A stretch of 64,000 nucleotides of DNA. Origin: Bacteroidota bacterium (GTDB taxonomy: Bacteria; Bacteroidota; Bacteroidia; UKL13-3). The stretch covers positions 18,406-82,405 of the forward strand of contig JAIXSO010000026.1 of NCBI GenBank assembly GCA_027484685.1, given 5' to 3'. Below, in pieces: positions 58,478 through 64,000 of the stretch. The notes beneath the pieces are model-generated. The model worked only from the letters and a program-made list of their open reading frames with translations, had not been told where the DNA came from and ran no database searches. Positions within the stretch are counted from its first letter, which is position 1. The number at the start of each line of letters is the position of its first letter. The translations under genes were made by a program, and so were the position numbers.

Positions 58478-59020
58478 ATGATACAAGAACAATTTAAGTG
58501 GTATGTGGCTAGAGCAATTACCGGACAAGAAAAAAAGGTAAAAGCACAAATTGAAGTTGAGCTTGAAAGAGCAGGTTTGAGTGTTCATGTACCTCAAATT
58601 TTAATACCTACTGAAAAAGTTTATACTGTAAAAAATGGTAAAAAAATAGCAAAAGAGAAAGCTTATTTACCTGGTTATATATTAATTCAAGCAGAATTAG
58701 TAGGTGAAGTTGGTCATACCATTGATTCTGTTAATGGTATTGTAGGCTTTTTAGGTGGTAAATCTACACCAGTACCTCTGCGCCAATCAGAAGTTGCACG
58801 TATATTAGGTAATGTAGATGCAATTGGTGAGCAGGGTGAAGTAATGGATGAACCATTTATAGTTGGTGAAACCGTTAAGGTAATTGATGGTCCTTTTAGT
58901 GGATTTGATGGGTTGATTGAAGAAGTAAGTGAAGAGAAGAAAAAACTAAAGGTGATGGTAAAAATATTTGGCAGAAGAACTCCTTTAGAGTTAAATTTTG
59001 TTCAAGTAGAAAAAGAATAA
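58478..59020 (+). CDS. nusG: Transcription factor NusG
   Basis: WYV, LPGYILI, KOW GPF, IFGRRTPLEL. Confidence 0.97.
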   Translation: MIQEQFKWYVARAITGQEKKVKAQIEVELERAGLSVHVPQILIPTEKVYTVKNGKKIAKEKAYLPGYILIQAELVGEVGHTIDSVNGIVGFLGGKSTPVPLRQSEVARILGNVDAIGEQGEVMDEPFIVGETVKVIDGPFSGFDGLIEEVSEEKKKLKVMVKIFGRRTPLELNFVQVEKE

Positions 59021-59116
59021 AAAGAATAATTATATTTAATTTTTATAGTATTTAATGCTGCTTTCCACTGATTAAATATTTAAGGATTGGATAGATATTA
59101 TATATAAATAAATAAA

Positions 59117-59560
59117 ATGGCTAAAGAATTAACAGGATTTGTAAAATTGCAGGTAAAAGGCGGTAGCGCTAACCCTGCACCACCAATTGGACCAGCTTTA
59201 GGTTCGAAAGGTATAAATATCATGGAGTTTTGCAAGCAATTTAATGCTCGTACCCAAGATAAAGCTGGTAAAATATTACCAGTAGTAATTTCAGTATACA
59301 GTGACAAGTCATTCGACTTCATTATTAAAACACCACCAGTAGCCTCTCAACTGCTGGAAGCTGCAAAAATCAAGGCTGGTTCAGCTGAATCTAACCGTAA
59401 GAAAGTTGGTTCAGTAACTTGGGACCAAGTTCGCGATATTGCAACTGATAAAATGCAAGATATGAACTGCTTTAAAGTAGAATCAGCCATGAAAATGGTA
59501 GCAGGTTCAGCTCGCTCTATGGGTATTACTGTTACGGGTGATAGTCCATTTCAAAATTAA
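59117..59560 (+). CDS. rplK: 50S ribosomal protein L11
   Basis: [19 protein letters not shown]. Confidence 0.98.
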   Translation: MAKELTGFVKLQVKGGSANPAPPIGPALGSKGINIMEFCKQFNARTQDKAGKILPVVISVYSDKSFDFIIKTPPVASQLLEAAKIKAGSAESNRKKVGSVTWDQVRDIATDKMQDMNCFKVESAMKMVAGSARSMGITVTGDSPFQN

Positions 59561-59578
59561 TTTTTAGATTGTAAAACA

Positions 59579-60277
59579 ATGGCAAGGATCAGCAAAAAAA
59601 GAAAAGAAGTACTCAAGAAAATTGAGGCAAACAAAAACTACACTTTGTCTGATGCATCTAAATTGGTGAAAGAAATTTCTTACACTAAGTTTGATTCATC
59701 GGTTGATATTGATGTACGCTTGGGAGTTGACCCTAAAAAAGCCAATCAAATGGTTCGTGGTGTGGTAAGTTTACCACATGGTACCGGTAAAGATGTTCGT
59801 GTTTTAGCATTAGTTACTCCTGATAAGGAAGCTGAAGCTCGCGAAGCTGGTGCAGACCATGTAGGTTTGGATGAATTTATCCAAAAGATTGAGCAAGGAT
59901 GGGTTGACATTGATATCATTGTAACAATGCCTGCGGTAATGGCTAAATTAGGTAAATTAGGTAAAATTTTAGGACCTCGTAACTTAATGCCAAACCCTAA
60001 ATCAGGAACAGTTACTATGGAAATTGGTAAAACTGTAAGAGAAGTAAAAGCTGGTAAAATTGATTTTAAAGTAGATAAAGAAGGAGCAATCCATACATCT
60101 ATTGGTAAAACCTCAATGGAACCGCAAAAACTATTCGAAAATGCAGTTGAATTAATTCAAACTATTAATAAACTAAAACCATCAGCAGCAAAAGGTACAT
60201 ACTTAAAAGGCGTAAGCTTAAGTAGTACAATGAGCCCTGGTATTTCAGTAGATACAAAATCAATTCCTGGCATTTAA
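59579..60277 (+). CDS. rplA: 50S ribosomal protein L1
   Basis: [24 protein letters not shown]. Confidence 0.98.
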   Translation: MARISKKRKEVLKKIEANKNYTLSDASKLVKEISYTKFDSSVDIDVRLGVDPKKANQMVRGVVSLPHGTGKDVRVLALVTPDKEAEAREAGADHVGLDEFIQKIEQGWVDIDIIVTMPAVMAKLGKLGKILGPRNLMPNPKSGTVTMEIGKTVREVKAGKIDFKVDKEGAIHTSIGKTSMEPQKLFENAVELIQTINKLKPSAAKGTYLKGVSLSSTMSPGISVDTKSIPGI

Positions 60278-60297
60278 AATTTAATAAAACAACAGTT

Positions 60298-60822
60298 ATG
60301 ACAAAACACGAAAAAAATGAAGTGATAGATAACTTGGCTGGTTTATTTAACGAGTACAAGAATGTTTATGTAACTAATGTAGCCAGTTTAAATGCAAAAC
60401 AAACTAGCTTACTACGTGGAGAGCTTTTCAAAGCAGGTATTACCATGCAAATGGCAAAAAATACTTTAATTGAAAAAGCTATGGAACGTAGTGGAAGAGA
60501 TTTTGGTAATTTAGGTGAAACTTTAGTAGGAAATACAGCATTAATGTTCTGTCACGATATGAAAGAACCTGCAAAGGCTATCAAATCGTTCCGTAAAAAG
60601 ACAGAAATACCTTACTTAAAAGGTGCTGCTATTGATGCTGATATATTTATTGGCGATAACCAATTAGATACTTTAATGGCTCTTAAAACTAAAAATGAGC
60701 TTATTGGAGAAATCATTGGAATGTTACAAAGCCCAGCTCAAAATGTTATTAGTGCATTACAAGCTTCAGGTGGAGGTAAAATTGCAGGCTTAGTAAAAAC
60801 GTTATCTGAGCGTCCTGAATAA
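60298..60822 (+). CDS. rplJ: 50S ribosomal protein L10
   Basis: KNTL motif; position between rplA and rplL. Confidence 0.95.
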   Translation: MTKHEKNEVIDNLAGLFNEYKNVYVTNVASLNAKQTSLLRGELFKAGITMQMAKNTLIEKAMERSGRDFGNLGETLVGNTALMFCHDMKEPAKAIKSFRKKTEIPYLKGAAIDADIFIGDNQLDTLMALKTKNELIGEIIGMLQSPAQNVISALQASGGGKIAGLVKTLSERPE

Positions 60823-60875
60823 TTCAGATAAAACAAATTCATTAATTTAAAAAAACAAAAATAAAAAATACAATC

Positions 60876-61247
60876 ATGGCAGATTTAAAAGCGTTCGCAG
60901 AACAATTAGTTAACCTTACAGTAAAAGACGTTAACGAATTAGCAAAAATTTTAAAAGACGAGTACGGCATTGAGCCTGCTGCTGCAGCTGTTGCTGTTGC
61001 TGCTGCTCCTGCTGCTGCTGAAGCAGCTGCTGAACAAACATCTTTCAACGTTATATTGAAAAGTGCTGGTGCAGCTAAATTAAACGTAGTTAAAGTTGTT
61101 AAAGACTTAACTGGTTTAGGTTTAAAAGAAGCTAAAGAATTAGTTGATGGTGCACCTAAAGCAATTAAAGAAGGTGTAGACAAAACTGAAGCTGAAAGCT
61201 TAAAAGCTAAGCTTGAAGAAGCTGGTGCTGAAGTTGAAGTAAAATAA
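60876..61247 (+). CDS. rplL: 50S ribosomal protein L7/L12
   Basis: Ala-rich hinge, [12 protein letters not shown]. Confidence 0.98.
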   Translation: MADLKAFAEQLVNLTVKDVNELAKILKDEYGIEPAAAAVAVAAAPAAAEAAAEQTSFNVILKSAGAAKLNVVKVVKDLTGLGLKEAKELVDGAPKAIKEGVDKTEAESLKAKLEEAGAEVEVK

Positions 61248-61265
61248 TTGCTTATAGCAAAATAA

Positions 61266-61305
61266 GCAGGCTTGACCCCGGCAATTTGCCGCGGGTCAAT
61301 TCTGC
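61266..61305 (+). promoter_or_regulatory. GC-rich hairpin in the rplL-rpoB spacer (attenuator or processing site)
   Basis: gcaggcttgacccc-ggcaatttgcc-gcgggtcaattctgc folds into a long stem. Confidence 0.45.
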
Positions 61306-61433
61306 ATTATAAAAAAGCTACTTTTTTAGTTTTTTTATTGTCGTGATGAACGATTTTTTTTTGGTTTTATTCAACCTTAAAATGAATAACACAGTAAATT
61401 GATAGCATTTTCAATTTAAAACCAAATATTACA

Positions 61434-64000
61434 TTGACTAACAGAACTATAACACCCGAAGGCAGAATCACTTTCGCCAAGGTAAAACCGGTTATTGATT
61501 ATCCAGATTTTTTGGATGTTCAATTAGAATCTTTTAGAGAATTTTTTCAATTAGATACTACTTCTGAAAGTAGAGCTAATGAAGGACTTTTCAAAGTGTT
61601 TCAGGAGAACTTTCCTATCAGCGATACAAGAAACATTTTTACTTTAGAATTTTTAGATTATTTTGTTGATCCTCCACGCTATTCTATTGAAGAGTGTATT
61701 GAAAGAGGACTGACTTATAGTGTTCCATTAAAAGCCAAGTTAAAACTAAGCTGTAATGATCCCGAGCACGAAGATTTCCAAACTATAGTTCAAGATGTGT
61801 ACTTAGGAACAATTCCTTACATGACTCCGAGTGGTACTTTCTGTATCAACGGTGCTGAGCGTGTTATTGTTTCTCAATTACACCGTTCTCCAGGTGTGTT
61901 CTTTGGACAATCATACCACACTAATGGAACTAAATTATACTCAGCTCGTGTTATTCCTTTTAAAGGTAGCTGGATTGAGTTTGCTACTGACGTAAATAAC
62001 GTTATGTATGCATACATTGATAGAAAAAAGAAGTTTCCAGTAACTACGTTATTACGTGCTATTGGATTCGAATCTGATAAAGATATATTAAACTTGTTTG
62101 ACTTAGCTGAAGAAATTAAGGTAAGCAAAGCAGGTTTGAAAAAGGTATTAGGTCGCAAATTAGCAGCTCGTGTTTTGAGAACGTGGGTTGAAGATTTTGT
62201 AGACGAGGATACCGGTGAGGTTGTATCAATTGAACGTAACGAAGTTATTATTGAACGCGATACTACTATTGAAGATAGCCATATTGATTTGATTTTAGAA
62301 GCTGATGTTAAAAACATCATTCTTCATAAAAATGAAAACAACCACAATGAGTTTGCTACTATTTTAAATACTTTACAAAAAGATACTTCAAATAGTGCTA
62401 AAGAGGCTCACGAACATATTTACCGTCAATTACGTAACGCAGATCCACCTGATGAAGAAACAGCTCGTGGTGTTATTGAGAAATTATTCTTCTCTGACAA
62501 GCGTTATGATTTAGGTGAAGTTGGTCGTTACCGTATCAATAGAAAATTAAACAAAAACGAATCTTTAGATAATCGTGTATTATCGAAAGACGATATTGTT
62601 TCAATCATAAAATACTTAATTGAGTTATCGAATTCACGTGCTGATGTGGATGATATTGACCATTTAAGTAATAGACGTGTTAGAACTGTAGGTGAGCAAT
62701 TATATTCACAATTTGGTGTTGGTTTGGCTCGTATGAGCAGAACTATTCGCGAGAGAATGAATATACGCGATAACGAGGTGTTTACTCCTCAAGATTTGAT
62801 CAATGCTAAAACATTATCATCTGTTATCAACTCATTCTTTGGAACTAATCAATTATCTCAGTTTATGGATCAAACCAATCCATTGGCAGAGATTACTCAC
62901 AAAAGAAGAATGTCGGCCCTAGGTCCAGGTGGTCTTTCTCGCGAAAGAGCTGGTTTTGAGGTTCGTGACGTACATTACACCCACTATGGTCGTTTGTGTA
63001 CTATTGAAACTCCAGAGGGACCAAACATTGGATTGATTTCATCATTATGTGTTCATGCTAAAATTAACAGCATGGGCTTTATTGAAACGCCATATTTAAA
63101 AGTAGAAAACGGAACTGTTGCTGTTGGAAAACCTGTTACTTATTTAAGTGCAGAGGATGAAGAAGGAATGGTTATTGCGCAATCGGATGCTAAATATAAC
63201 GAAACTACAGGTGAGTTTAACGATCCTAAAGTAAAAGCTCGTTACGAAGGCGATTTCCCGATGGTGGAACCTGAAAAACTACAATTTATGGATATTGCTC
63301 CTAATCAAATTGTATCGATTGCTGCTAGTATGATTCCTTTCTTGGAGCATAATGATGCGAATCGTGCATTGATGGGTTCAAACATGCAACGTCAAGCAGT
63401 TCCTTTATTACGTCCTGAAGCTCCAGTTGTTGGAACAGGATTAGAAGGTAAAATTGCCAGAGATAGTAGAAACTTATTATTGGCAGAAGGTACTGGTGTA
63501 GTTGAGTATGTGGATGGTAATGAAATTAGAATTCGTTATGAACAAACCGAATCTGATAAATTAGTTAGCTTTGGAACAGATACTAAAACTTATAAATTAA
63601 CTAAGTTTTTACGCACTAACCAAAATACTTGTATTAACTTAAGACCGATTGTTAAAAAAGGTCAAAAAGTTACTAAAGGTAATGTTTTATGTGAAGGTTA
63701 TGCAACACAAGGTGGCGAATTAGCAATTGGAAGAAACTTAAAAGTAGCTTTCATGCCTTGGCAAGGAAATAACTTCGAGGATGCGATTGTAATTAGCGAA
63801 CGCGTTACCAAAGAAGATATTTTTACTTCAATTCACATTACTGAATACGAATTAGAAGTTCGTGATACAAAACGTGGTGAAGAAGAGTTAACCAATGATA
63901 TTCCAAATGTAAGTGAAGATGCTACTCGCAACTTAGATGAAAATGGATTAATTAGAGTTGGTTGCGAAGTATTTGATGGTGATATTTTAATTGGTAAAAT
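61434..64000 (+). CDS. rpoB: RNA polymerase beta subunit, 3'-truncated by window; TTG start; not in ORF track
   Basis: My translation gives [48 protein letters not shown]. Confidence 0.97.
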   Translation, partial: MTNRTITPEGRITFAKVKPVIDYPDFLDVQLESFREFFQLDTTSESRANEGLFKVFQENFPISDTRNIFTLEFLDYFVDPPRYSIEECIERGLTYSVPLKAKLKLSCNDPEHEDFQTIVQDVYLGTIPYMTPSGTFCINGAERVIVSQLHRSPGVFFGQSYHTNGTKLYSARVIPFKGSWIEFATDVNNVMYAYIDRKKKFPVTTLLRAIGFESDKDILNLFDLAEEIKVSKAGLKKVLGRKLAARVLRTWVEDFVDEDTGEVVSIERNEVIIERDTTIEDSHIDLILEADVKNIILHKNENNHNEFATILNTLQKDTSNSAKEAHEHIYRQLRNADPPDEETARGVIEKLFFSDKRYDLGEVGRYRINRKLNKNESLDNRVLSKDDIVSIIKYLIELSNSRADVDDIDHLSNRRVRTVGEQLYSQFGVGLARMSRTIRERMNIRDNEVFTPQDLINAKTLSSVINSFFGTNQLSQFMDQTNPLAEITHKRRMSALGPGGLSRERAGFEVRDVHYTHYGRLCTIETPEGPNIGLISSLCVHAKINSMGFIETPYLKVENGTVAVGKPVTYLSAEDEEGMVIAQSDAKYNETTGEFNDPKVKARYEGDFPMVEPEKLQFMDIAPNQIVSIAASMIPFLEHNDANRALMGSNMQRQAVPLLRPEAPVVGTGLEGKIARDSRNLLLAEGTGVVEYVDGNEIRIRYEQTESDKLVSFGTDTKTYKLTKFLRTNQNTCINLRPIVKKGQKVTKGNVLCEGYATQGGELAIGRNLKVAFMPWQGNNFEDAIVISERVTKEDIFTSIHITEYELEVRDTKRGEEELTNDIPNVSEDATRNLDENGLIRVGCEVFDGDILIGK

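Noticed and set aside
57269-62320. Minus-strand ORFs opposite tuf, rplK, rplL and rpoB
   Set aside because: Antisense shadows caused by codon bias in highly expressed genes.

Overview
AT-rich bacterial chromosome segment, very probably Bacteroidota. This rests on T9SS C-terminal sorting domains, TAnnTTTG promoter elements, A-rich leaders and the xerC-hpf-tRNA-tuf-secE-nusG-rpl-rpoB gene order. Left part (1-30 kb): amino-acid permease, PagL-like deacylase, a convergent surface-glycosylation cluster (GT2 and GT-C enzymes, WecE/WecD-like, methyltransferase), a transglycosylase, frr, two T9SS cargo genes, and an aa3-type cytochrome c oxidase operon ending in an EamA gene. Middle (30.2-47.9 kb): an accessory island with no integrase. 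It holds (i) a ~7.8 kb cassette bracketed by two diverged copies of the EamA 3' end, carrying a 21/105-bp repeat array, an IS256-like end, a giant IPT/FG-GAP T9SS protein and a REP-like inverted repeat; (ii) further T9SS cargo genes, one frameshifted in its sorting domain; and (iii) a co-oriented putative anti-phage cluster: type IIG RM gene split by an in-frame TAA, AbiC-like, DUF4062/TIR-like, HipA-family kinase with a large insertion, and a HIRAN protein. Right part: clpB, three exported-protein genes divergent from an HTH regulator, then the core xerC/hpf/tRNA/tuf/ribosomal-protein/rpoB cluster. All family assignments are from motif recognition; no database search was run.
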